DNA of 32,000 bases. Origin: an uncultured Candidatus Saccharibacteria bacterium. GTDB taxonomy: Bacteria; Patescibacteriota; UBA1384; XYA2-FULL-43-10; 1-14-0-10-43-13. The stretch is from positions 150,001-182,000 of the forward strand of contig CAZIYE010000001.1 of NCBI GenBank assembly GCA_964543385.1, written 5' to 3'. Both the position numbers and the translations under genes were made by a program. Below are positions 15,659-23,723 of the stretch, one piece after another. The notes under the pieces are model-generated. The model saw only the letters and a list, made by a program, of their open reading frames with translations. It was not told the origin of the DNA and did not search any database. Positions within the stretch are counted from its first letter, which is position 1; every line of letters begins with the position of its first letter.

Positions 15659-16684
15659 CTACTCTTTATTTTCTACTTTTCTTAGCTCTGCGTCTATAAA
15701 TCCACCTATATCACCGCCCAAGACTTCATCCGGATTCTTCGATTCAAATCCAGTCCGATGGTCTTTAACTAATTTATATGGATGCAGCACGTATGATCTT
15801 ATTTGATTCCCCCACTCAGGAGATGCAAAGTTGCCTTTCAACTCTTCGACTCTCTCTTTCTGCTGTTCAATCATCAATTGAGCAAGACGGGAACGCAGAA
15901 CTTTCATCGCCATTTCTTTATTTTGCAATTGGCTTCTCTCATTTTGACATATAGAGACAATTCCGGTTGGAATATGAGTTATTCTCACAGCTGAATCAGT
16001 AGTATTTACAGATTGACCACCGTGACCACCTGCGCGATATACATCGATTCGCAAATCATTTTGATCAATTACAACTTCTTTCTCTGTTTCGATTTCAGGC
16101 AGGACTTGAACAAGAGCGAAAGAAGTCTGACGCAAAGCCTTAGCATTAAATGGTGATTGTCGGACTAATCGGTGAACTCCGGATTCACCACTTAGTTTGC
16201 CATAGGCATAGGGACCATTTACCTCCACCACAGCGCTCTTTATCCCTGCTTCAGTACCCTTGGATTGGTCAATGATATTTGTATCGAAATTATTTTGTTC
16301 TGCCCAACGCAGATACATTCGAAGAAGCATCTCGGTCCAATCTTGGGCATCGACACCACCAGCCCCGGCATAAAAGTTTAGAATTGCATTGTGCTGATCA
16401 AATTTTCCATTAAAAAAAGTTAGCTTCTCTAATTCGGCGATTTCGCCGCTCAGTGATTCTAGCTCGCTATCGTTAGCGATTTCTGCAATATCACTTATCT
16501 CGTCGAAACGGCTGACCTCGTCTTTTAGATTCTTTAGCTCTTTATTTCGCTTGTTTGCTCTTACTTCGTCTAACCAGAAATCAGGCTCCATCATCTCGCC
16601 TTCTATGCCAATAATCATCTCTTTTTTCTGATCTATGTTGAGTATTTTTCGCAAATCTTCTATTTTTTGTCTTAGATTTTCCAT
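15659..16684 (-). CDS. prfB: Peptide chain release factor 2, encoded in a single uninterrupted ORF
   Basis: The SPF motif (RQSPFNA) and GGQ motif (GGHGGQSVNTTDSAVRITHIPTG) are both present. Confidence 0.9.
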   Translation of the reverse strand: MENLRQKIEDLRKILNIDQKKEMIIGIEGEMMEPDFWLDEVRANKRNKELKNLKDEVSRFDEISDIAEIANDSELESLSGEIAELEKLTFFNGKFDQHNAILNFYAGAGGVDAQDWTEMLLRMYLRWAEQNNFDTNIIDQSKGTEAGIKSAVVEVNGPYAYGKLSGESGVHRLVRQSPFNAKALRQTSFALVQVLPEIETEKEVVIDQNDLRIDVYRAGGHGGQSVNTTDSAVRITHIPTGIVSICQNERSQLQNKEMAMKVLRSRLAQLMIEQQKERVEELKGNFASPEWGNQIRSYVLHPYKLVKDHRTGFESKNPDEVLGGDIGGFIDAELRKVENKE

Positions 16685-16711
16685 GCCATTATCCTAACAC
16701 AAAGTAAATAT

Positions 16712-16741
16712 AAAATCACCCCGCGAATGCAGGGTGATTTT
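16712..16741 (-). terminator. Intrinsic terminator after the DUF11 surface-protein gene
   Basis: The minus strand reads AAAAUCACCCUGC-AUUC-GCGGGGUGAUUUUAU. Confidence 0.75.
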
Positions 16742-16752
16742 ATTATTAGACT

Positions 16753-18294
16753 TTATTTTTTCAAGAGTGAAAGCATCTTTCTCGACTTAACATAGTAAAT
16801 CGATAACATACCTGTCAGAGTGAAAAGTAAGCTTAATAGCGGTGTACTTGGTCCAGTCATTGGCAAAGCTGGAGTGACTGCTATAGGAGTTACAACAATT
16901 TTTGTTTTAGCGATATCATTTAAAGTCTGATTATCAAACCGAAGAGTTGCAGTGTTCACTAGTATTTCTCCAGTTGCGATTCCAGATGATATTTTAACTT
17001 TAAATTTGATAATGCCGTCTTCATTTTTGCCCAAAGAACCAATTTTGATTCCATCAAAGATAGCCTTGTTACCTAAAGCGGTGCTAACACCATTTCTGAT
17101 AAGAGAAGCACTGCCATTTACAAATGAAACATTTGCAGGTAAAACATCGCTTATTGTAATGTTATCAGCTTTTTCACCAGAGTTTGCAAAGAATATCTGA
17201 TATTCCAGAACATCTCCGGGTTTAGCTTGATTTTCTTTCGAAAAGCCAGCCTCGTTTATAGTAACGTTTCGAACTGATTTCTCAATTCGCAGCGTTGGTT
17301 GACCAGGAATTATCTTGCCGATATTTACAAAAACTAAGTTTCCATAAATATTTTCCATAATACCATCGAAATGTTTTCCGTCTTGGGTATTTGTAGGCTG
17401 AGGATTCTTAACTATTACCTTAAAGGTCCTTACGTTTGTCTCTCCTGCAACAATTCTAACTGCAGGGTAGCTGATTACACCGTTTGACAAAGTACCACCG
17501 ATTGAGGCGCTAGTAAAATCTGCCAGCTCTAAGATATCGCTTATGTCATCAGTGACAGTGAAGTCAGTTGCTGCATTTCCTGTGTTCTTTGTCGTTAGAG
17601 TGTAAAGAACCTCATCACCCGGATTTGCTGAAATATTTACGCCCTCGGCGCCAGATACTAAATTCTTAGCAATCTTACTCTTTACTATATTTGGTGTAGG
17701 CATTTTGATTGTCTTGAATTGAAACAAAACATATCCAATATGTTCCCAACAACCTCTTACATCACCTATTTTTAATCCACCAGTAGTGAGAAGTTCATCG
17801 CCATTCTGGCTAAATAAAAGGTCAGACGGAGGAGTACCAAAACTTTTAAAATCTGGAAACCATTGTACTGATCCAGGAATCATAACTACATTTGCATCTG
17901 TATCTAGATTGACAGTTAAACTGTCAAAAACAGTAGAGGCGTTATCTGCGGAAATTGCAGTATTGATAACTATCTTTTTGTTACTTGACACTGAAGGCAA
18001 GCTAACTTTGACTCGAGTATCACGAGCTGTGGTATCTACTACGCCATTGTGGTAGTAAATAATTGCTGCAAAAGTATCGCCAGCAAGACCATCAACTGGT
18101 TTACGCCACGAAACTTCACCTGCAGACTTGTTTGCACCACGTATTTGTTGAAGATCATCTTTCAAGTAATTGAACCTTGGACCAGATGCATTTACAGACA
18201 AAGCCGGTGCGATTAATTGTGATAGCAATGCAGAAACAAGCGCTATTCCTAGCACTTTCTTCCACCCTCCAGTGATTTTTTGGATCAAATTCAT
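16753..18294 (-). CDS. Cell-surface protein with DUF11-type repeats and a C-terminal LPXTG-like sortase signal
   Basis: N-terminal signal/TM segment VLGIALVSALLSQLIAPALSVNA. DUF11-like blocks GDEVLYTLTTKNTGNAATDFTVTDDI and GDVLEYQIFFANSGEKADNITISDVLPANVSFV. Sorting signal LPMTG, then a hydrophobic stretch, then KSRK. Confidence 0.8.
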   Translation of the reverse strand: MNLIQKITGGWKKVLGIALVSALLSQLIAPALSVNASGPRFNYLKDDLQQIRGANKSAGEVSWRKPVDGLAGDTFAAIIYYHNGVVDTTARDTRVKVSLPSVSSNKKIVINTAISADNASTVFDSLTVNLDTDANVVMIPGSVQWFPDFKSFGTPPSDLLFSQNGDELLTTGGLKIGDVRGCWEHIGYVLFQFKTIKMPTPNIVKSKIAKNLVSGAEGVNISANPGDEVLYTLTTKNTGNAATDFTVTDDISDILELADFTSASIGGTLSNGVISYPAVRIVAGETNVRTFKVIVKNPQPTNTQDGKHFDGIMENIYGNLVFVNIGKIIPGQPTLRIEKSVRNVTINEAGFSKENQAKPGDVLEYQIFFANSGEKADNITISDVLPANVSFVNGSASLIRNGVSTALGNKAIFDGIKIGSLGKNEDGIIKFKVKISSGIATGEILVNTATLRFDNQTLNDIAKTKIVVTPIAVTPALPMTGPSTPLLSLLFTLTGMLSIYYVKSRKMLSLLKK

Positions 18295-18411
18295 TTTTTT
18301 CCTTAATCCTCTAGCTAAAAGCTATCGGCACTTTCATAATTGTTATTACTTTTTTAAATTTAACTCTCTATATATATTAATAGCCATTATGGTTAGCAAT
18401 TGCAATGGACT

Positions 18412-18510
18412 CATCTCCGAAAGTATGAATAAATCATAACTTCGGGATGAGGGGGTGCGCGCCTTTCAACAGGCACCCCGCTCAAGTTAGTTGCCACCGG
18501 GTACGGTGGC
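18412..18510 (-). terminator. Cluster of three hairpins at the 3' end of island 3
   Basis: GCCACCG-UACC-CGGUGGC lies at 18493-18510. GAG-C-GGGGUGC...GCACCCC-CUC lies at 18449-18483. An imperfect stem of about 12 bp, CATC(C)CGAAGT/ACTTTCGGAGATG, lies at 18412-18449. None has a clear U-tract. Confidence 0.45.
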
Positions 18511-18517
18511 GGGCGTC

Positions 18518-19282
18518 CTAATACGGGACGCCAGGTTCGGGAATCGGCCCCGCACCAGGCCAATGCCCACAGCTCTGGCTCGTCCCCCCACAAAACGGGC
18601 AGCGGAATAGCCATAGCAGGCCAAGCCGCCACTCCATCACCGGCTCTTTCTGCCAGAATGGCATCCGGTCCGGGGTGAGTCCCGACTTGGCGAAGCAAAG
18701 CTTTGATATGATCACTGCTTGCTGTTCGCGGGTTGGGAGCGGCTTTTGTGCAGCCACCGTTGGCTTATCGAGACTGATCGCCTCGAGGCACCATTGGTCG
18801 ACAGTGGCAGTTGCCATGACGCCGGTATACGGCAGCTTTTGAGGGCAAATAATCCGGACATACCAGTCAATACGTGTGAGTAACTGCGTAATGATCTGGT
18901 ATGCCAGGTCGACTTCTTCAAACGTCCTGCAGAGGTAGATCGGGGTGTGGATGATGTCCAGTTGGAGCATCAGCACAAGCCCATTCTTCACTGAAGGAGT
19001 CATATGTCGACCCTTCTTTGCCCAATAGCAACGGTAACGCTCGATTTCGGCGTAGTCATACGCCGTTAACGTGCGCTTTTCTGCGACCCGCTGAACGGTA
19101 ACCTTCACCCAATCGCATTGCTGCGAAGAATAGGTTTGTCCATCCGAAGTCCAGGAAGGAACAGTCGGTGCCGGCGTGGTTGCCGACTGAGTGCTTGCTT
19201 GCGGCACTCCCGCGTTATTACCCATCTCGGCCATCACCGGCAAGCCGGCAAGGACGAGAATCAGGGCCATGATCATTTTCAT
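18518..19282 (-). CDS. Island-3 orphan B: Sec-secreted Cys-containing protein (254 aa from the preferred ATG)
   Basis: The ATG at 19282 lies 7 nt after GGAGGTG, which overlaps the upstream gene's TAG stop (TAGGAGGTGTGCAGATG). Signal peptide MKMIMALILVLAGLPVMA followed by EMG. P/T-rich segment TQSATTPAPTVPSW. The track start at 19354 is a TTG inside the upstream gene. Confidence 0.7.
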   Translation of the reverse strand: MKMIMALILVLAGLPVMAEMGNNAGVPQASTQSATTPAPTVPSWTSDGQTYSSQQCDWVKVTVQRVAEKRTLTAYDYAEIERYRCYWAKKGRHMTPSVKNGLVLMLQLDIIHTPIYLCRTFEEVDLAYQIITQLLTRIDWYVRIICPQKLPYTGVMATATVDQWCLEAISLDKPTVAAQKPLPTREQQAVIISKLCFAKSGLTPDRMPFWQKEPVMEWRLGLLWLFRCPFCGGTSQSCGHWPGAGPIPEPGVPY

Positions 19283-19293
19283 CTGCACACCTC

Positions 19294-20586
19294 CTAAAGC
19301 GGCAGGACGATGACGTTTGAAACGCCAGGGCGGTAAGTGATCATCTCTGACCAATTCCGACCATCAGTTGAATATTTCAGATTATATTCATATGACACGA
19401 GGTTTCCATTCACACGCTCACCGATGGCAGCATTGTTTATAGGAATATCCCCAGGAGCATATGGACCGAAGACTCGCCCTTGCGGGTAAGCACGATCATA
19501 CAATCTAATCCACACCTTCTTTGAAGTGCGGAAGCAGTAGTTTCCATGGACCACTTCTGTTTGTTTCTGAGTGGTAACGGAAGACGATATGCCGGGTGCC
19601 GGCGCTTTGAGATACTCGATGACTTGCACCAGGGTTAACTGGTGATTGGCAACGAGTTGCCTTAAACGCTGAATCTCGGCCTCGGTTTTACCCGAGTTCC
19701 GAGCGACGACTTGAATCGCCTCCCAAACCTTCAAGTCAAAAGCTTCACAAGCAGCCACACGGGCTTCAAGATTGGCAATTTGGACAAGAAGACTGGAATC
19801 ATCGTAGGCAGGAACAGAAGTGATGCCTCCACCAGTCAGCCCAGTACCGGTACTACCCATCGCCTTGTCATTGGCAAGTAAGGTCTCGAAGACGAGCCCG
19901 TTACCACCATTGCCAGCGCGACGAAGCAGATCGGTCAAGTACTGAACTGAAGGAGCGGAACAGTTGGCAGGCCAACACTCCGTTTTGAAGCGGAGAGTGT
20001 CGACCATTGCTGACAGGTTAGTTTTTCCTGCCCACTTGATCTTGAAGAGGATCAAGTTTATAGCTTTGTCGTTGCGTTTTCCATCCTGGACCAACGCATA
20101 GAAACGGAAGCAATGCAGATCAGCACCAACAGCTACCTCAAGAGGCATCTCTAGGTACCAGCGCCCGCCAGCGTCCCGTTTGAGAACCAGCACACCCGGA
20201 GTTGTAAACGACCAGGTATTGGTCCTGCGATCATAGCTATACTCGAGCTTTTTCTCTAGCTCGCCTTGTGCAGCGACCATCGCCACCACCGGCATGTCAG
20301 CGAGGACGTTAGGGTATACCTTCATGGTTGCCCCAATCCCCACAGGAAATGTGCCGAGGTACGAGGTCTCTGCCTCGTCCCATTGCCAGGTGACTGCTTG
20401 CGCATAAGTCACCTGCACCTGGACTTTTCCACTGGTAACCTGCTGCGATGCCTGTTCAGTATAGACCGGACCGTCTAGGACGGCACCAGTTGCACCGAAT
20501 GGAGCAGCACTTGCTGGCGTGATTGCCAGCGCGCCAACCATTAAGGTCAGCAATACGAGGCCAATTACGGCCAGCGGGTTACGCAT
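19294..20586 (-). CDS. Island-3 orphan A: Sec-secreted protein with a beta-rich N-terminal part, a central coiled coil and a C-terminal beta-rich domain (430 aa)
   Basis: The ATG at 20586 is preceded by AAAGAGGAGGAACGCAG. Signal peptide MRNPLAVIGLVLLTLMVGALAITPASA followed by APFG. Heptad-like LLVQIANLEARVAACEAFDLKVWEAIQ...IQRLRQLVANHQLTLVQVIEYLK. Counted lines give 52-58% GC. Confidence 0.75.
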   Translation of the reverse strand: MRNPLAVIGLVLLTLMVGALAITPASAAPFGATGAVLDGPVYTEQASQQVTSGKVQVQVTYAQAVTWQWDEAETSYLGTFPVGIGATMKVYPNVLADMPVVAMVAAQGELEKKLEYSYDRRTNTWSFTTPGVLVLKRDAGGRWYLEMPLEVAVGADLHCFRFYALVQDGKRNDKAINLILFKIKWAGKTNLSAMVDTLRFKTECWPANCSAPSVQYLTDLLRRAGNGGNGLVFETLLANDKAMGSTGTGLTGGGITSVPAYDDSSLLVQIANLEARVAACEAFDLKVWEAIQVVARNSGKTEAEIQRLRQLVANHQLTLVQVIEYLKAPAPGISSSVTTQKQTEVVHGNYCFRTSKKVWIRLYDRAYPQGRVFGPYAPGDIPINNAAIGERVNGNLVSYEYNLKYSTDGRNWSEMITYRPGVSNVIVLPL

Positions 20587-20612
20587 CTGCGTTCCTCCTC
20601 TTTCATTTTTGG

Positions 20613-20643
20613 GGTACCTCTCGCCACCAGGCGAGGAGGTACC
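20613..20643 (-). promoter_or_regulatory. GC-rich hairpin in the 5' UTR, about 25 nt upstream of the island-3 RBS
   Basis: The minus strand reads GGUACCUCCUCGCC-UGGU-GGCGAGAGGUACC (13 bp with one bulge), followed by CCAAAAAUGAAAGAGGAGGAAC. Confidence 0.55.
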
Positions 20644-20944
20644 TGATTGCAAGAAAATTGAGACGATTGGATTGCTCCGATTTCGTCTGCAAGGAAGTAT
20701 TATTTATTCGAGATCAATTGATAGCTTTTATCTGCCTACTTCTAGCTATCACTCGAAGAATAAATTCTTCTATTGCAGCTGAAATTGCTTCTAAACATTT
20801 TCACTGATTTTTATTCTATTTGATTTTTAATTGCCATTTTTTAGCAATTCATAAATTATCTATAGTTGAAATAATTTATTTTTGTGAGATTTTATATATT
20901 TTACAATTTTTAAATATACTATTGTGACTTCAATCGCCTTTTGC

Positions 20945-21085
20945 TTTCTTAAATCCAACCAGGAAGAAGGCGAGAAGTGATAGAAGCTAACATGGCCAGG
21001 TCCACTTATTTTAAGGAACCTCTCTGCCGGTTAGCCGGAATGCCTATCACCCTAATACCCCTAAATCCCAGTCGGATTTAAGAAA
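20945..21085 (-). ncRNA. Candidate structured RNA domain closed by a perfect 12-bp helix, with a competing local helix
   Basis: TTTCTTAAATCC (20945-20956) is the exact reverse complement of GGATTTAAGAAA (21074-21085). The same GGATTTA can instead pair with TAAATCC at 21062-21068. Internal helices are GTGATAG/CTATCAC, CCGG-CUAA-CCGG and AGGU(U)CC/GGACCU. GCTAAC/GTTAGC has pseudoknot potential. Confidence 0.4.
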
Positions 21086-21221
21086 ACAAAAAAGGATCGT
21101 CAGCGATATATTTGGCACTTAAAGACCAATGATCGCCGCCCCATCCTTTTGTCCACCGCACATAGTATTCCTAAGTGTGGTAGTAATTAACCCCTTGTTA
21201 GCTTAGCGCTAACTTAACTAC
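21086..21221 (-). ncRNA. Candidate sRNA of about 137 nt, or first leader segment, running from a consensus promoter to an intrinsic terminator
   Basis: The predicted TSS is about 7 nt below the -10 at 21228. The 3' end is set by a long imperfect hairpin at 21090-21150 (helices AAAAGGAU, GCGAU and UUGG) followed by UUUUUUGUUUUCU. 5' hairpin GTTAGC-GCTAA-GCTAAC. No Rfam family recognised by eye. Confidence 0.4.
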
Positions 21222-21227
21222 TGACAA

Positions 21228-21256
21228 ATTTTAGCACCTTTGCTTGACTTTGTCAA
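21228..21256 (-). promoter_or_regulatory. Near-consensus sigma-70 promoter (TTGACA-17-TAAAAT) just downstream of the dus stop
   Basis: On the minus strand the -35 is at 21251-21256 and the -10 at 21228-21233, with an exact 17-nt spacer. It shares the extended context ATTGACAAA with promoter P2 at 7796-7801. Confidence 0.6.
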
Positions 21257-21268
21257 TAGTTTATGGCC

Positions 21269-22240
21269 TTATAATTGGTCCACGACCCGACTGACGTCTC
21301 GTAAATCAACAATAGAAACTGCCTCTTTGCGCAGTTCCTTAGCTCCAGGAAACCCTTTCAAATAAGAGAGAAGGTGTTTTCTAAACTCTACAATGCCAAG
21401 CTCTCCTTTCGTCTCAAAGGCAAGCTTGGCATGGAGAGGGATTATTGTCTTTAATTCATCTAGTTCGATCTCATCTCGAGAAAATATCCAGGGCCTACCA
21501 AAAGTAGCTTGCCCGATCGCACAACCATCTATTTGAACACCAAATTTTGAGTATTGAACATCAGAGATTGATCTGAGACTACCGTTTCCAATCACAGTAA
21601 GATTGGGCAACATTTTCTTGACCTCATAAATATTATCCCAATCAGCATTGCCTGAAAATCCCTGCTTGTATGTTCGTCCATGCACTATGAGAGCGTCAAT
21701 TCCGGCGTTCACCAAAACCGGCGCGAATTCGAGTATTTGATCTTGATTATCCCAACCAAGCCTTGTTTTCACCGAAACTGGTAAATTAGTATTATTCTTG
21801 ACAGCCGCAACTATTTCTGCCGCTAATTTTGGGTATTTCATCAAAGCCGCACCGTGATCGCTACCAACAACTTTTCTAGCAGGACAACCCATATTTATAT
21901 CAATTCCGTCTGGTTTGAGATTTTTTGTGATCCAACTAGAAGCAAAGGCAAACTTTTCCGGAAATTTGCCAAATAGTTGAATAGCAATCGGACGCTCTTT
22001 TTCAACAAACTTTAGCATTTCCAAGGTCTCATCTCTCCCCTTCTTCGATTGCCAGATTCCTGCCTCATCCTTAAACCAGTTTTTTGCATGATAGAAGATT
22101 GCATCGGCCGAAACCAACTCCGTTATTACAACGTCAGCACCAAAGCTACGACAAAGAGTACGAAAAGCAGAGTCAGTGTATCCTGCCATCGGTGCTAGAA
22201 CTTTTATTGGTCTATTTAGTTCTTTCCAAAAGTTAGCCAT
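21269..22240 (-). CDS. dus: tRNA-dihydrouridine synthase
   Basis: Contains APMAGYTDSAFRTLCRSFGADVV, IDINMGCPARKV, VKTRLGW and VHGRT blocks. Overlaps cysS by 8 nt. Confidence 0.88.
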   Translation of the reverse strand: MANFWKELNRPIKVLAPMAGYTDSAFRTLCRSFGADVVITELVSADAIFYHAKNWFKDEAGIWQSKKGRDETLEMLKFVEKERPIAIQLFGKFPEKFAFASSWITKNLKPDGIDINMGCPARKVVGSDHGAALMKYPKLAAEIVAAVKNNTNLPVSVKTRLGWDNQDQILEFAPVLVNAGIDALIVHGRTYKQGFSGNADWDNIYEVKKMLPNLTVIGNGSLRSISDVQYSKFGVQIDGCAIGQATFGRPWIFSRDEIELDELKTIIPLHAKLAFETKGELGIVEFRKHLLSYLKGFPGAKELRKEAVSIVDLRDVSRVVDQL

Positions 22241-23591
22241 TTATCTTCTCTAACTTATACTCATTGGCACCAAGATCTTCTATTTGCCAGCCCAGTGAAT
22301 TAATTTCAGATCTTAGATCATCTGATGCCTTGAAATCTTTATTTTCTCTCGCCGTCTTCCTTTGCTGTGCTAATTTGGCAATTTCAGCCGGTATACTAAC
22401 GACTCTTTCGGTTCCTAGATTTAATCCCAAAACAGCATCCATTAGAATAGCAGTTACCCTCTTATCTTCGCCTGAAATATTTTCATCCCTAAGTAATGAC
22501 CACAGAACAGCTAAAGCTTCTGAGATACTAAGATCATTTGATATCTTTTCTTTGAATAGATCTATATGTTCTTGGGATACTTTGCCATTTTCTTTTGGCA
22601 AGTCATCAATGATTCTAACCAATCTTTCTCTTGTGTTCTTTGCTGACTCCAAGCCCTCCCAAGTGAAATTCAATTTGCTGCGATAGTGAGCACCGATAAC
22701 AAGATAACGAAAATCAAGTGGTGAAAAACCTTTCTCCTCCAAATCCGATAATCGGTAAAAATTACCAAGACTCTTTGACATTTTCTTGCCATCCACTAAA
22801 AGGTGTTCATTGTGAACCCAATAATTAACAAATTTCTTTCCACTTCTAGCCTCCGACTGAGCAATTTCATTCTCATGATGAGGGAAAATATTATCTACGC
22901 CCCCAGTATGAATATCTATCGTCTCGCCAAGCTTGTCCATCGACATTGCTGAACACTCTATGTGCCATCCTGGTCTGCCCTTGCCAAGTGACGTTTCCCA
23001 GAAAATATCACCATCATTTTCGTCCCAAGCTTTCCAGAGCGCAAAGTCGGAAGGATTCTCTTTATCATATTCATCTTGCGCTACTCTAGCCCCAACTTTT
23101 ATCTCCCTGTTTTCAAGTCCCGATAATTTACCATAATTTTTGAACTTAGATATTGAGAAATAGATAGAGCCGTCATTGGCCTTATAAGCGAAGCCCTTTT
23201 GAAGTAGATCTTCTATAAAGCTGACCATTTTTTCAATATATTGGGTCGCCCTAGTAATATTTTCAGACGATGGTTTCTCAATATTTAATTTATCCAGATC
23301 AGCAAAAAAAGACTCCTCGTACATTTTCGTCAGTTCGTCGAACTTTTTATGGTCTCCTCCTGATCGGTTAATTGTCTTATCGTCAACATCAGTAATATTC
23401 ATCACTCTTCTAACATCAAAATTGTTGAATTTTAGTGTTCGATAGAGCAAATCGTCACAGATATATTTTCTTAGATTTCCAATATGAGCCACATCATAAA
23501 CAGTTGGTCCACAAGTGTAGATTCCAACTTTTTGATCTCCTATCGATTTGAATTCCTCTATCTGTTTTGTAAGCGTATTATAAATCTTCAT
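22233..23591 (-). CDS. cysS: Cysteine--tRNA ligase
   Basis: Class I signatures HIGN and KMSKS, plus GWHIECS and the typical CysRS N-terminus MKIYNTLT..YTCGPTVYD. Confidence 0.93.
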   Translation of the reverse strand: MKIYNTLTKQIEEFKSIGDQKVGIYTCGPTVYDVAHIGNLRKYICDDLLYRTLKFNNFDVRRVMNITDVDDKTINRSGGDHKKFDELTKMYEESFFADLDKLNIEKPSSENITRATQYIEKMVSFIEDLLQKGFAYKANDGSIYFSISKFKNYGKLSGLENREIKVGARVAQDEYDKENPSDFALWKAWDENDGDIFWETSLGKGRPGWHIECSAMSMDKLGETIDIHTGGVDNIFPHHENEIAQSEARSGKKFVNYWVHNEHLLVDGKKMSKSLGNFYRLSDLEEKGFSPLDFRYLVIGAHYRSKLNFTWEGLESAKNTRERLVRIIDDLPKENGKVSQEHIDLFKEKISNDLSISEALAVLWSLLRDENISGEDKRVTAILMDAVLGLNLGTERVVSIPAEIAKLAQQRKTARENKDFKASDDLRSEINSLGWQIEDLGANEYKLEKING

Positions 23592-23656
23592 CGCTGTGTT
23601 TCTCCTATTTTTAATCTCATGCTAGCACATCGGCTCAACATTTTAAATGATTAATT

Positions 23657-23685
23657 AAAAAATGCTATCCATATTGTCGGATAAC
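23657..23685 (-). terminator. Intrinsic terminator after the zinc-ribbon ORF
   Basis: The minus strand reads GUUAUCC-GACAAUAU-GGAUAGC (one G-U pair) followed by AUUUUUUAAUU. Confidence 0.55.
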
Positions 23686-23723
23686 ATCTCTTAATAATTG
23701 GGATACTAGAGTTTTAAATATTT

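Noticed and set aside
15659-16684. Programmed +1 frameshift in prfB.
   Set aside because: RF2 is encoded in one continuous ORF from an N-terminal Met, with no in-frame UGA or CUU UGA site near codon 25. Absence of the frameshift is known in a minority of bacteria, so it is not remarkable.
18411-18921. ORFs 18411..18698 - and 18712..18921 -, which overlap island-3 gene B in other frames.
   Set aside because: They are alternative-frame artefacts of a GC-rich region, with no RBS. The 18411..18698 ORF also extends across the terminal hairpins.
19283-20652. Longer N-termini in the ORF track for the two island-3 genes (TTG starts at 19354 and 20652).
   Set aside because: Both extensions start at TTG. 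One lies inside the upstream gene and the other inside the 5' UTR hairpin. The internal ATGs at 19282 and 20586 have strong GGAGG RBSs and place the signal peptides at the N-terminus.
20790-20935. A very AT-rich stretch as a possible replication origin.
   Set aside because: I found no clustered DnaA-box-like 9-mers (TTATCCACA or variants), and no dnaA or dnaN is nearby. It is more simply a spacer or UP-element-like AT-rich leader.
20945-21085. Resemblance of UAUUAGGGUGAUAGG to the T-box sequence (AAUUAGGGUGGUACCGCG), of UAGGGUG..UUCCGGC..CCGG.AGAGAG to the ykkC/guanidine-I riboswitch core, and of GGACCUGGCC to SRP RNA.
   Set aside because: Only 6-8 nt match in each case. The defining parts are absent: ACCGCG for the T-box, GGUCCGAGAG and ACGGCGGGA for ykkC, and the GGAA tetraloop with AGCA/GGAA loops for SRP helix 8. 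The downstream genes also do not fit those classes.
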